Below are positions 1 to 16,984 of a DNA stretch of 64,000 nt, in pieces. The DNA comes from the human T2T-CHM13v2.0 reference genome, Homo sapiens. Under the pieces are notes generated by a model that ran no database searches, was not told where the DNA came from, and saw only the letters and a list, made by a program, of their open reading frames with translations. Numbering within the stretch: the stretch's first letter is position 1; each line of letters starts with the position of its first letter. Made by a program: the position numbers and the translations under genes. The stretch lies in NCBI RefSeq assembly GCF_009914755.1, contig NC_060935.1, one strand, 5' to 3'.

Positions 1-99
1 AGATGTCTCCTTCCCAAGGAAGTCTTCCCTGACCATCCTATTTAAAATTAGAAACACTTTTCCTTAGCACTTTTTAGAAAAGTATTTCCTGCTCTTTAT

Positions 100-735
100 T
101 TTTCTGCATTAACACTCATCTGACATGAGTTTTACTCATTTATTTTGCTTGTTGTTGGTCTCCCCAGCTAAAATGTAAGTTCCACGAGGCAGAGATTTCT
201 GTTCATTTCACTTGCTGCTAATCCCCAACTCTTAGAACAGTGCCAGGTACATAGAAAGGCATAAATGCGTATTTGTAGAATGAATGGACCTTGCCTGTAC
301 CTCCAGCCTCATCTTCAGCCATCTCTTCCCTCTGTAGTCCAGTAACACCTCAGTGTCTGCCCCCCAACCCCACCCAGCTGTTCCTCACCCTCCTGCCTCT
401 GCTCTCTTGTCCTGGATTTCTCTGCCCTTCCCCCACTCTTCCTTTGGCCACTTCTGTTTATCTTTAAAGACCCAGGTTAGACTTAACTGCTTCTAAAAAA
501 CTTATGTGATTCCCCTATGCTGGATTCAATGTTCATTTACTGCTCTCCCATTTTATCCTCTATTGACTCACAGTTAAAGAGTATGCTGTAAGTATCGATG
601 CATGTCCCTCTTCTTCAGCAGACTGAGGGCTCCTTGAGGGGCAGGGGCAATTATGTTTTTTAACCCTTTACATCTCAGTTCCTGACATAGTGCTTGGTAC
701 CTAGCAGGTGTTTAATTGTGTTGTTGTTGAATGGT
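100..735 (-). mobile_element. Degraded L2-like fragments
   Basis: Motifs such as 'gtaagttccacgaggcagagattt', 'tagaacagtgccaggtacatag', 'gaatgaatg' and 'ctccttgaggggcagggg' resemble L2 3' ends; boundaries approximate. Confidence 0.55.
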
Positions 736-1049
736 TACATGACGTAGTTCTGATACAAGGAAGTTACAGAGTACAACACTTGGAGAATACTACATCAGGA
801 CAGCCTCAAAGCTAAATGGTGTCCAGCAGTGGACCCAGCACACACTCGAGCTGAGAGTGGGGTGAGGAGGACTAAAGGCAGGAAGGGGGTCCTGGAAAAT
901 GCATGACTTAAGCTGAGACTTAAAGAATGGATATTTAGAGGAATGCAGAGGAAAAGGGAGGTGACTGGTCTTTGAAGAAAAGATATGAAGCTAGCCAAGA
1001 GCCAGCCAGGAAATGTTGACAACCACACAGTCCCCAGAGGAGTCCGTAG

Positions 1050-1919
<870 letters not shown>

Positions 1920-3693
1920 TAGGCTTTGGGGGCTCCTCCAAATGTCCTTGTTAAGACTTGTGACCCAAGAATGAGGGGGAGGTTGAAATTGCACAAATTA
2001 CAAAGAACGAATTGTGAAAGGATCTTTACTTTTGCCCCCACCTAATACCACAACCAGGAAACAAGAACCCATTGATGAACATACATGGTCTGGAAACATG
2101 AAAGGCATGGCAGGAAGTCCCACAGCAGGGGACGGCAGCTCCAGAGTTGAGTGAGGAGGTGGGTTGTCCAGAGGTGGAGGTGGCTACTTTTGTGGCTGTT
2201 GAGTTAATGCAGCTGTGGGCCTGGGTCATCAAAACTAGCCCTTGGGAAAATAGCTCACCTTCCACATGGAACCTGTAGCAATTGTTCCTGGCACTTTCTT
2301 CTCCACTGTCAGACCCTTAAGGGTTTGTGCCCTGCTGCTGCTGCAGATGAGGAGTACAGCATATGAGTAAAGAAGCCCTTTTTCTTAAATATTAGGAGTG
2401 GTTAGGAAAAGCCCCAACTTTGAGGGAAATCCTGGCTCTTTTGAATTACACTTTTGGATTAAGCATTTTGTACCATTTAATTGTCTTAGTACTTTTTCCC
2501 TGTATCCCACTTAAAATTTATTTCTTTTTCTAGTTATACACAGTTTAAAAACAAATAGATTTCGTTTCCTTCCTAGTCCTTGGTTTTCTCCATATGAGTA
2601 AATAGAAAATTGTAATCCATGCATTTGAGAGTGCTAGGGAGGTGAGAAGATTTAAAAGTTTCTTTAAGTTCCAAGGCTAGAGGGAGAATTCTTCCCATCA
2701 GTATAAGTTGGAGTCACATAAACCATAATGTATCAGGTTCAATTATTAAGAGTTTTGGTCAAACTACAATACAAGCAACTGTATTCTTGCTGTGTGACTG
2801 ACCAGCCTCTCTTATGACCAGAGCATCCATATTTGGATTCAAGTTGAGATTGAATATGGCTTCTCTTTGATCCTTACAAGAGCATCCAAATTACCTGACT
2901 AAAATGTTACAATGGCCACAGATATATATTTTCTAGTGGCACTACTTTCCCATCCTCTACATTTCGCTTTCTTTTCTGGCTCAATGGACTCTGTTTAATT
3001 CAGAGAGCTAGTTTGCTAGGCCCCTGAGCCCCTGCTTGTTGGATTCAACCAGACTCAAACATTTATGTAGACCCAGATGTTATTAAAGCAAGAACCGAAG
3101 ATTTCTAAGGCAAGAAGGGCCTTTAGAAGACATCTTACCTTGTCTCCTGGAGAAACAGCCACACAAATTCTTTGAATTCTTTGGAGGTAGCCAGGGCGCT
3201 TTCTTATTTTTAATATCCCAGGGAATTCATCCCCACAGCCTTCCTTGGTCACACTTAGGTATTTTAAGTGCCTCCCTGTTACAAATTTCACGTTTTCAAA
3301 TTACTCCTCTAATGGTTACATTTTTCATTTCTCCTGAAAATTGGATTTATTTCCTTCTAAGAATGGACCATGCTCTTTAAAATCAGATCAATTTATATGT
3401 CCATCAGTGGAAGGTCTTAAAATATCTCGGTAGTGTGGATCATCAAATAATAAACCTATATTGGGTAATCAGTAGTCTAGAAAGGATGGCATCCTGAAAG
3501 TTTAATTTTAGTCAAGATGATCAAATTCCAATAGAAGTTCACAGTCCAATCATGCTGCTCAGTAGTTATTAGGAGAGTCATTGAGCTGGGTTTTACAGAT
3601 ACAACCTCAATTCTGTCTTCCCCGAGTGGCCGCTTGACCCTCACTCTAGGAACTAAATGATCCAGGAGGAGCGTTAAGATTCTGGCGGGTTAG

Positions 3694-4434
<741 letters not shown>

Positions 4435-5574
4435 TGAGTGGATTTTAGAAAGAAGATGGCTCCAAACGGGAGCGTTTTCTAATGATCTGCACCAAATAAG
4501 AATTATCAGGTGGAGAAATGGCATGCAGCTGGGATTTCTCCAATTAGATAGAGCAGGACTAGCTCTCCGGAATAGCAAATACTTACAGAACACTTACTAT
4601 GTGCCAAGCACTATTCTAAGCCCCTTATAAGCAGTATCACACTTCATCTTATGATCCTCATTTTACAGATGAGAAAGCTGAGGAGCAGAGAGGCTAAGTA
4701 ACTTCCACAGGGACACCTAACCGTGAAGGGAGATTCACACCTGCCTGGCTGGCTCCAGAATCTGCGCTCTTAACCCTTGCACCCTACTAACTCCCCTACC
4801 TATACATGCCAGTCTATGTGGGGTGATGTAAGGGGTGACTCCCACCCCTCTGACTTGCTCTGAAAAACCCATCATTAGGCACCCAGACTTATAGATCCTT
4901 AGCTCTAGAAGGAATATTGAGAATTATCTAGTGCAACTCCTCATTTCACATGAAGACACTTACTAAAAGGGTAAGTGAAGGTCCCACAGCTAATTGTTGC
5001 AGAACGGGGATGCAACGTGCATTTTATGTCACCTGAAGTCTAGTTTGGAAAACAAAAGCCAACACAGTACTGCCCAAGGAGATAATAAAATACGCATCCA
5101 CAAACTGGAAGGGATGTGTTTTTATTCTCATTGCCACATTGGCAGAGATTTATTTATTAATAGACTAGTAGGAAGTAGATAGAAGAATGGACAGCTAGAT
5201 CATTAGAGATATGCTATGTGCCCTCGAGGAGCTGGGACACAGAAAAAGTAAGACTGGAAGAGAAAAGCAGCCAGAAAGGCAGGGAAGGAGGGGAGCTATT
5301 TTGAAAGGTACCAAAACAGAGATGCCAGGCGGCAGGAGGGAGCCACGTATCTAAGACGATTTTTGCTCACACTTTAGTTTCGTTTGTTTTGGGCTAGCTT
5401 TGGGTCCAGAACACACAAATAAACAGCAAATGGGTCTAATCAGGGGAATCCAAAAAGAAATAAATAAAGAAGCCCATGACAAATCGGTTGGTATCTGTGT
5501 GGGTTCCATCAGCTTCTTGACCTCTCTCAAAAGGCTAGCAATAGGGCAGACCGTGTCTTTATCCCACAGCCTAG

Positions 5575-6249
<675 letters not shown>

Positions 6250-6926
6250 TAGGTGCCATGCTGGGCCTTACTCAGGACTTCCCTTCCAGGTGGGACTGAG
6301 CTCAAGGGTGATGTTAATTACTGTGTATACCTACCCTAGTCTGATGTGTCCTCCCAAAGACTCATCACCCCAAACCGGAGAGCCTCTCATCTTTACTTTT
6401 TTTCCTAACTGCACAGTACCTCCTCACTGCAGAACAATTAACCATCCTATTTGCATGTGGTTTTATCTAGCAGAGGGTAGAGGCACCATGTCAAAGGACT
6501 AGAAATCTTTGTGATGGCTCTGTAGGTGCCTTCTCCCTTGGCAAAGAAGAGCCCCATTGATTTTGATAGGAAGTGATCGGCCAGGGCACCTTTGGGGCAT
6601 GGAGATTAGCATGCTCCCCAGGGCAAACCCGACAATGGGTATTAAGAGAGTCCTGTGTTGCTGGCTTTTAATTTTGTCCCGAAAGTATCTGACCCCTCTC
6701 AGCAATGCAGTGGCAAGTACTAGTAGTAATTAGAAAACTTTCTGGGAAGACCTGATACGTAACACCCTTGATTATCAGGGAAGCCACAGGGAGAAGTAAC
6801 ATGGCAGAAAGCAGGACTCACTCGTGGAGCAAGAACTGCCTCATCTGGCCTTCAGCACACAACCCTCTCCCACCACAAAGGTGGGCCCCACACCAAAGCC
6901 AAGGCCACCATTAAGATTCCATCCCC

Positions 6927-7252
<326 letters not shown>

Positions 7253-7284
7253 TTATCTGTCCTCCGTTTTTAATTGGCAAAAGT

Positions 7285-10200
7285 ATTTTTTAATTTGAAA
7301 TAATTTTAGACTTACAGAAAAGTTGCAGGAATAAGACAGTCTACCATTCTCTCAGATTCCCGAATCGTTAACATTGTAACACATTTTCTTTCTAATTTTG
7401 TCTCTGAAAATATACTCACTCTTTTTCTAAACCACTTGAGAGTAAGTTGCTGTCATTATGCCTGTTTGTACCTAAATATTTCAGTGTGTTTCCTAAGAAT
7501 AAGCACATTTATATGACCATAACATAATCATTAAAATCAGGATATTGCCATTGATACAATACTATTATGTAATCTGAAGACCATGTTCATATTTTGTTAG
7601 TGGTTCCAATAATGTCTTTTACAGCCAAAACAAAAAACAAACCCTGGAATCCAATCCAGGATCACATGTTGCATCTTATTATGATGTCTCTGTAGACGCC
7701 TTTAATCTGGAGTAGGTCCTCAGTCTTTGACTTTCATTGTCTTAGCGTTCTTGAAGAGTACAGGCCAGTTATTTTGCAGACTGTTTCTCAGTTTGAGTTG
7801 GCTTATATTTCTTCCTGGTTCCATTGAAATTATGCATTTTTGGCAGGAATACCACAAAAGCAATGATGCGTCTTCTCAATGTGTCATATCTGGAGGCCTC
7901 TGATGTTGGTTTGTCCCGTTACACTGAGCATGATAGATTCGATCGCTTGCTTAAGGTAGTGTCTGTCAGATTTCTCCATTGAAAGTTACTGTTTTTTAAT
8001 CATATAATTAATACATATTTTTCAGGGAAATACTTTAAATTTAGGTAGCTATTCTATTCCTTGAACTTGCATACACTAGATTTAGTATCCAGTGATGATT
8101 TTTGTCTGAATCATTTATTACTGTTTGTGAAATGGCAATTTTTTTCTAATTCAATGGCTCCTGCATTCATTAGTTGGCATTCTACTGTAAAGAGATGTCC
8201 TTTTCACCCATTTGTTTCTTTTTATTTGTTTAGATGACTCATGGATTCCTACTTAACCGATTGTATCTGTTATCATAATTTGTTTTATGCTCAAATTGTT
8301 CCATATACGGCCAGTGGGAGTCCCCTCCAGCAGTGGTTTCTGTTGACATTTGCTTCATCATTCGTTGCTTTCCACGAGGCACGATGTACTCCGGGCTCAT
8401 CTTGTACTTTCTCTGCTCTAGCCTTGGATTAGCCATTTCTCCAAGGATCTCTGGTTCCTTCGAGTGGAGCGTAGTGTTGAGGAGATAGGATCTGGGTGTC
8501 AGGTGTGCCCGTTCTTCCTAGAGTGTCATTGATTCTAGCATTCCTTAGTGGAGAGAGTGAGGAAGTGCATGTTTGTGCCTATACACACCCTCCATACACA
8601 TTTTTATGTAGCTAGGTGTGTTACTCTCTCTTTTTATCTGTTTCTGTCTCTATCTCACCATGAGTTCATACTGAACCTACAGTTTCAGTCCAATACCGCA
8701 GAGTTTTCTAGTTTTCCTTTTTTAATTTTTTTTGAGATGGAGTCTCACTCTCTCACCCAGGCTGGAGTGCAGTGGCATGACCTCAGCTCACTGCAACCTC
8801 CGCCCCCACCAGGTTCAAGCAATTCTTCTACCTCAGCCTCCCGAGTAACTGAGATTACAGGCGCCTGCCACTGCACCTGGCTAATTTTTTTTTTGTGTGT
8901 GTGTTTTTAGTAGAGACGGGGGTTTCACCATCTTGGCCAGGCTGGTCTTGAACTCCTGACCTCGTGATCCACCCACCTTGGTGTCCTAAGGTGCTGGGAT
9001 TACAGGCGTGAGCCACCACGCCCGGCCAGTTTTCCATTTTTTAGTTTCTTTTATCTGAGAGTGAGAAACCTGGCCCATTGTATTTCCTCCTGTTTGTTTA
9101 TTTTCTTAGCTTCTTATTTTGAAATAATTTCAAAGCTACATAAGAGAACACCTGTAAACTCATTGCCCAGATTAACCTATTAATAACATTTGTTCATTTG
9201 TTTTATCATTCCCTCCCTTTCCCTGTCTCTTCCTTCCTCCCTCCCTGCCCTTCATGTGAGAGTGAGTTGCAGACTTCATGCCTCATTACCCGTAAAACTT
9301 CAGTATGTATTTCCTTAGAGTAGGGGCATTTATATACATAACCACAGTACAGTTTTCAACCTTAGGAAATTTAACATTGATATAGTAATTTAACATCCAT
9401 ATTCCAATTTTGTCAGTTGACTGAGCAATGTTCTTTACGGTTCTTTTGGGGTGCCAGGGTGGGGAACTCAGTACAGACCTAATTTAGAATCACACGTTGC
9501 ATTTCATTGTTGTGTCTCTTTAGTCTCCTTTAATCTGGAACAATGACTTAGTTTTCTTTGTCTTTTCTGATATGGGCATTTTTGAAGAACACAGCCTCCC
9601 TGCCTTTTGAAACAGAATGATCCTCCATAAACAGAATGACCCTCCATTGGGGTTGATGTTCCATCCTGAGGATCTTCAGCTGTGCATCTCCACTCAGCCT
9701 CCCGGGCAGGTGCCATGTGGTTTTTCTCATGGAATCACAGCACACACGGAAGCACGATCTTGTCCAGCCTCCCCTCATTGGTGATGTGCATGTTGATTCC
9801 CTGGTCAAGGTGTTAGCAAATGTCTCTGCTGCAGAGTCACTGTGAGCTTTCCCTTGCAACTAATAAGCAACCCATGGGGAAATACTTTAAGAGTGTGCAA
9901 ATATCCTGTCTGTCAGTCTATCTGTCTGTCTATCGGTCATCTTATCAATCTGGACATGGATGCCTGTTTTTTCCAGTGGTCTATATTTCATCTATATTTC
10001 ATCTTCCATGTATTAATTATTTTTGGTGTTAAAATTGCTCTGGATTGGCCTGTAGGATCTCCTTCAAGCTGGCTCCTGTGTCCCTTCAGCATGCCTCTGT
10101 CATTTTTTTTGAGCACTTTCTTCCTTTTGGCATAACAGGGTGCTTCGCGCTCATCTTTTAATCTTCCCTGCCCCATGCTGGAATCAGCTTGACTCCAAGA

Positions 10201-10300
10201 AGCCCTGGTGAGTGGGGAATGTTATTAGAAACCAAGATGTAAGGGAGGTGTCCCTGTTGCTGTTGGGGCATCTTTGCTTTGCCTCTAGGTCCTTTCAACA
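7285..10300 (-). mobile_element. Old L1M (L1MC/ME-like) 3' fragments, interrupted by an Alu
   Basis: 'tttgaaataattttagacttacagaaaagttgcag' at ~7295 and a similar stretch at ~9120 resemble L1MC 3' UTR ends; AT-rich and degenerate; boundaries approximate. Confidence 0.6.
8718..9027 (-). mobile_element. AluS-like SINE
   Basis: Poly-T, then gagatggagtctcactc...cgcccggcc; flanking repeat agttttcc. Confidence 0.92.
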
Positions 10301-10320
10301 GACGGAGCTGAAAACCAACA

Positions 10321-10321
<1 letters not shown>

Positions 10322-10371
<50 letters not shown>
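10322..10371. repeat. (CA)25 microsatellite
   Basis: Perfect CA run seen directly. Confidence 0.97.
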
Positions 10372-10372
<1 letters not shown>

Positions 10373-11946
10373 CTTTTTAACTCTATGATTCCTGACCTTG
10401 GGAAATCCAAGGAGCATGTGGAGAGCTTAGTGGTTGTCATCTCAGAAGGGCAGTTGTGTCCCTGGTGAGCCCCCGGGGAGGGACTAATAGCAGATGCTGG
10501 GACTCCAGAGCTACCTACAGCAGGAGAGCCTCCACGGCTTCTGTCGGCCACCACATCCGGTGGGACCTTATCATACTTTCCCAAAGTCTTTTTTTTTTCA
10601 TCCACCTCCCTATATCCTCTTTTGTCCTATCTCCAGCTTATCCAACACGATCTCTGTTTCTGCTCCCACATTGAGCCTCCCAGTTGTATTTCATTCATGC
10701 TACAGGATTGCCGAGTCTCCCCTATACCAAATCTGTTCTGTTGCCAGGCCATTTCAGTGCCGTCCTTATAGACTGCTAACTCCTACCTGGCAGGGGATGT
10801 TTGAGTTATTTTTGTGCTGCATGGAGCACAGTTTGGTAGCGTCGTGTGTGCCAAGTTAGCAGGGCGTGATGGTGATATTCCCTGTTTCCCTGCATGTGAC
10901 AGCTACTGAGAAAAGCTTCTCACTATCCCTCATCTGGGCCAGCAGACCTGGAGGAAGCTCTTATCAGTGTCTTTTTTAGGGAAGATGTGGGCAGAAGCAG
11001 TCACATGGAACATGGCTTTCTTGGGCTGAGGGCCAGGGCTCCTACTTGAGATGTCCCCCAGGATGTCTTATCTAGATCTTGTGCACATGGTTCTGGCGAG
11101 TAGCACTGGATAGCACGCACTTGATTCATCAGGCCGCCGAGCACTAAGGGATTAATCTGGTCGGAGTCTTGCATGGTGGGGATCAAACTGGATGACAGCT
11201 GTGAATCAGGAACACAATCTTCTTTGAACCTAGAGAGACAACTGCTGCCTCTGTGTTCAGATATTTTTAACTGGCCCTCCTGTTGGCAGAGCCAGGCTGC
11301 CCAATTAAATAATTTCACACAGGCATTCCGGGGCCTAGGGGAAGTTCTATTACTCCACGTCTGTGTGTTCCAGACTTTCAGACAAATTCAGACAACACAA
11401 TAAGTCATAAAGTGAGAGCCATTTAAATAAGTCATGTTATTTGCTATCACCATAAATCTGCAGTCAGTGTTAGAACATTCATAATTTAAAGACAAATGTG
11501 AAAATCCCTCTACACAGACATATATAATCAGTGCTGAACTAGCCTTCAACTCCAAAGCCGTGTGGTATTGTAGTCAATGGGAGTGGAGATAGTCCTTTAG
11601 CCCAGAGGAAAAAATGATTGGCTTTCAGTCCACAGTGCAGAACTGTTGTATCGGTACTTGTGGGCAGAACTATTATTGCCATGCAATTTATTTCTCTGTA
11701 ATGTCCTCCGTGTCCTTGGATTGTAAAACAGTATTAAGGAGTGATGGTATGTATACGAGCCAAAGAAAGTTTTAAAGGCGAGATCTTATTTTCCCAGAAG
11801 ATGGTGGGGACTTCGCTGATCTTTAGATCGCACAGACTTGTAGGAGGCTTCTTCTGTGCTCCTGAGTTCTGTCCCTGCCTCTGGCAAATTGTGACCCATT
11901 AAAGTAATAGTGAGAAATAGGAAGTATGCCTACCACTACATGGTGA

Positions 11947-12260
<314 letters not shown>

Positions 12261-13094
12261 CTGTGCTTTTTGACCAAGAGACTTGATCTTTCAAGGAAGG
12301 CTTCTGGGAAGATGGGCAATTTGAAGTGAGACTTGAAGGATGGGTGGGACTTGGCTTTGTGGGTGGGGGGCTGTCCAGGAAGGGGAAAGCGCATGAGCAA
12401 AGGGGCTGCGGGGTGATGACCTCCTTTGCAGAGAATGATGAGGAGGTGGACGAGGCCAGAGGGCACCAGGAACAGAGAAATGAAAGACAAAGGGAGAGTC
12501 TACAAGCCAATTTGCAGAGTAAAAATACCTACATATAGCCTGTCTGTGTAATAGAAGGAGGTACAAAGAGGAGCAAGGCATACCATTGATGGAGACCCTC
12601 TTGATAGATTAGATTATTAACCCTCAAAACAACCGTGCTAGCTAAATGTGGTTCATACTTAATGAAAGAGGAAACAGAGGCTCTGAAGACATGAAATAAC
12701 ATCCCAAAGTTAAGTTAGCAGCATCCACAGGTCTCTGTGGTCCCAAAACATACAATGCTCCCTCTCCAGAGTCTTTGAGTCAGTGGACCCAGATTAAATC
12801 TCACTCTGGCACTTACTAGTTAGATTTATTTAAATCATTGAACTTCAGTTTCCTCACCTGTAAGATAAGAATGATAAGATTTACCTTACTTTCCAGGTTG
12901 TTGAGATAAGGTACACAAAAGTGCCTAGGACAGTGCCTGGCATGTCGCAGGTGCTCAATTCTGGGTCTTAGACTCAAAACCTTCTATGTGGAAAGCTAGG
13001 TGCCCTAGCAGAGTGTGTGAATGAAGGGGTGCCACTGGGACTTGGATCTCCCAAATGAGGATGACTACAGCTCACTGTACTGTGCAAATAAGAC

Positions 13095-13377
13095 CACACA
13101 CATATACAGAGGCACACACATGCAATCACACACATGGATACTCACATGCACACACACGTGCACATGCACACTCGCATGCACAGATGTGTGCACACACAGG
13201 CACTCATACGTACACACACGCACTCGCACACATGCATGCACACACATGCACTCGCACACACACACGTGCACACACACATGCATGCACAAATGCATGCATA
13301 CACAAATGCATGCATGCACACACGCACATGCACTCACAAACACACATGCACTCATACACACATGCATGCACGCACAC
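13095..13377. repeat. Degenerate (CA/TG/CG) alternating purine-pyrimidine tract
   Basis: About 280 bp of cacacatgcacac-type sequence ending ~57 nt before the exon at 13435. Confidence 0.92.
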
Positions 13378-13424
13378 TTCTGTCTCTGACTTTTGTCCTT
13401 TTCTCAAACCCGTCTTCTCCTTGA

Positions 13425-14111
<687 letters not shown>

Positions 14112-15424
14112 TGAATCAGGCAGGTCCGGAATCCAAAGAAAATCTTAGTATATTAAAGCAGAGAGAGGCCCTAGAGATTTTCTGTCACTTCATCTTACAG
14201 AGAAGGAAACAGAGGCTCAGAGAAAAAAATGATTTGCCCAAGTCACATACACCAAGTTAGGAGGCAGAGCCAGCTCTGGAAGCAGTGCCTTTCGTATGGC
14301 AGCAGAGCATGCTGGAGAGAGCACAGACCGAGGTTAGCATCCCTGCTTGGTGGCTGCTGTGTGACCTCAGGCAGTCACTTAACCTCCTAGCTTGGCCACT
14401 CCATCTGTAAAAGAAATGCCTACCTTGCACAGACTAGGCCTCCCTAACTGATGCTATTGTCCTTGTCCACCCACTTCCCTTTTTTGAGATCAGGGTGATA
14501 TTCACCTTTTCTGGCCTCCCTCCGTCTCTCCTGGTCCCTTTTGGCTCCCAAGGGATCTGTGAGTTCATGAGTCTCACACGCATTTGGAGGACTCGGGGCT
14601 CTCCTACAATCCCTTTACTCACTTGGGCTTCAACTCCCTCTTTCTAAGCTTCCCACCCTTTTCACCCAAAGAGCACTTCCTTGGCCATGAAGACAGGAGC
14701 AGCAGGGCTGAGGCTGAGGAGCTCTGTGCACTCCTCGTCTGGCCTGCAGACATCAGCTCCAGCCACAGGCCCAGCTATTCTTTCTCCAGGGTCCTGCTCT
14801 GCACATGACTTGAAATGCTAACAATCAAGCCAGCAGCCTCTGCTTTAGCATTTTAGGGAGCTGATTTAGGGTGCTTGCCTTCTTGACATTATTATCACAG
14901 GTCTGTGTCATAATTTTTCTATCTCTAAAGGGACTCCTTTTCATCTTGTATACATTCTCTTAAAAATTCTGAGCTATACTGAACTAAACTATCTAAACCT
15001 AACTAAAGAGTTCCCTGGGCAACTATACTGACTTCTTTTCCTGCCTCGGGATTTCCTCAACTTTCTTCTCTGACAAAGAGAGATTCCCAAGCCTCTTGAA
15101 TTATCTTTCATGTTTATTGGAAGTCTGCCTTTTTATCATCCAAGGAAGCAATTTCACTGTGTCGTCCTCTTCCCTTGCTTGCACACCACAAACCTAAATC
15201 CCAGTTGTTTTCCTCTCTGCTCCTCCTAACAGTTTATTCCAGTAGCCATTATTACATTCATCAGGCTGTATTTTTCGTGATCTTCATGTCTAAAGTGTTC
15301 TCACTTCTAATCATGGGCTTCTTAAGGGCAGGAACCATACATACCTAATTCATCTTTATGTTGAATGAATGGGCAGCCCCCTGCACCTAGTGACACTGGA
15401 AACACTGGTCAAATGAATGAGTGA

Positions 15425-15716
15425 GGCTGAGCACGGTGGCTCATGTCTGTAATCCCAGCATTTTGGGAGGCCAAGGCAGGTGGATCACAAGGTCAAGAGT
15501 TCAAGACCAGCCTGGCCAAGATGGTGAAAGCCCGTCTCTATTAAAAATATAAAAATTAGCCAGCTGTGGTGGCAGACACCTGTAATCCCAGCTACTAGGG
15601 AGGCTGAGACAGAGAATTGCTTGAACCCAGGAGGCGGAGATTGCAGTGAGGCAAGATTGCGCCATTGCACTCCAGCCTGGACGACAGAGCAAGACTCTGT
15701 CTCAAAAAAAAAAAAA
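15425..15716 (+). mobile_element. AluS-like SINE
   Basis: ggctgagcacggtggctca...ctcaaaaaaaaaaaaa; flanked by aatgaatga-like repeats. Confidence 0.92.
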
Positions 15717-16513
15717 TAATGAATGAAATGATACAAATAACCGCTTTCTTCCAGGGTTCCCATGATTTTGTCACAGTACTGCTTCAACGATCTGAGAGGT
15801 TATATTGCCACTGAGGCAAGTTAGGAGTGTGTCAGAGGCTTGGCTTTTAGCCACATAAGATTTCTAGATGTTTGGATAGTCAAAGCTACCCATTACAACA
15901 ACTTCCCTCTATCCATTTTCATCTTAATGTTAAAACAAATATATCGATCGTTTTGCCCACGTTGCTCGCATCATATTTGTCCTTTACTCTTTGTTTCCTT
16001 ATGTGATATATTTCCACCCTTAGATTTAGGTGTTTTCATGCAGTTACTTATCTCCTTGACATTCGGTGCTCTTTGGCCTTTCTGCCTTTCACGTTTTTCT
16101 TTTCTTTTAAAATGTAATCTCTTCATGGGTCCTGTCTCATCTAGTTTATGATGAATTGTGTTTTCTGCCTTGTGTTACACACTCTCTGCATTTAGGTACC
16201 GCAACATCTGAGGCTACGCATGTTGGTTTCAGACATCCTCCCAGTTCTTTTCATGTATAGACTGTGGGGTCCTCGTGAGCACCTACTCTTCTTTCATGCT
16301 ACCCTTCCCTCTCCTTCACAATAACCGACTCCCCACTGTCTCTAGGCATTTCCTTCCCTTTCCCTCTACTTTAGGGTTAAGCCCCCAGTGGGTTAGCTCT
16401 CCCTCCAGGCATGTGCTCTGCCCCAATCTCACGAGATGCACTTATTGCTGAAGTCCCAAGCCTGGAGAACCACACAGCTGACTTCTTCCTCACAGAGAGG
16501 TGGAGAGGGGAGG

Positions 16514-16984
16514 TGTGAATTAGTTTATTAAGGGCTGCCATAATGAAATACCACAGACTGGGCGGCCTAAAACCACAGAAACTCGTTCTCTCACAGTTCT
16601 GGAGGGTGTAAGTCCAAAGTCAAGGTGGCAGCAGGTTCACACTCCCCGTGAGGTCCTCGGGAAGCACCACCCCCTGCCTCTCTCCTAGCTTCTGGCGGCT
16701 GTGGGCAATCCTCAATGTTCGTCACCTTGTGGCAGCATAAACTCCAGTCTCTGCCTCCGCCTTTACATGGCCTCTTTCCCTCTGTGTCTTCTGTTTTCTC
16801 TGTGTCCAAATCTCCTTCTCCTTTTAAGTACACCGTTCATTGGAGTTAGCCCCACCTAATCCAGTGTGACCTCATCTTAACTTGATTACATCTACAAAGC
16901 CCCTATTTCCAAGTAAGTGCATTCACAGGTACTGGGGGTTAAGGCCTCAACATTTCTTTTGGGGGGACACAGTGTAACCCACAA
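16514..16984 (-). mobile_element. MaLR solo LTR (MLT1B/C-like)
   Basis: 'tgtgaattagttt..agggctgccataa..ccacagactgggcggcctaaaaccacagaaa..ctcacagttctggagg' through 'ggggggacacagtgtaacccacaa' matches the recalled MLT1 reverse complement. Confidence 0.8.
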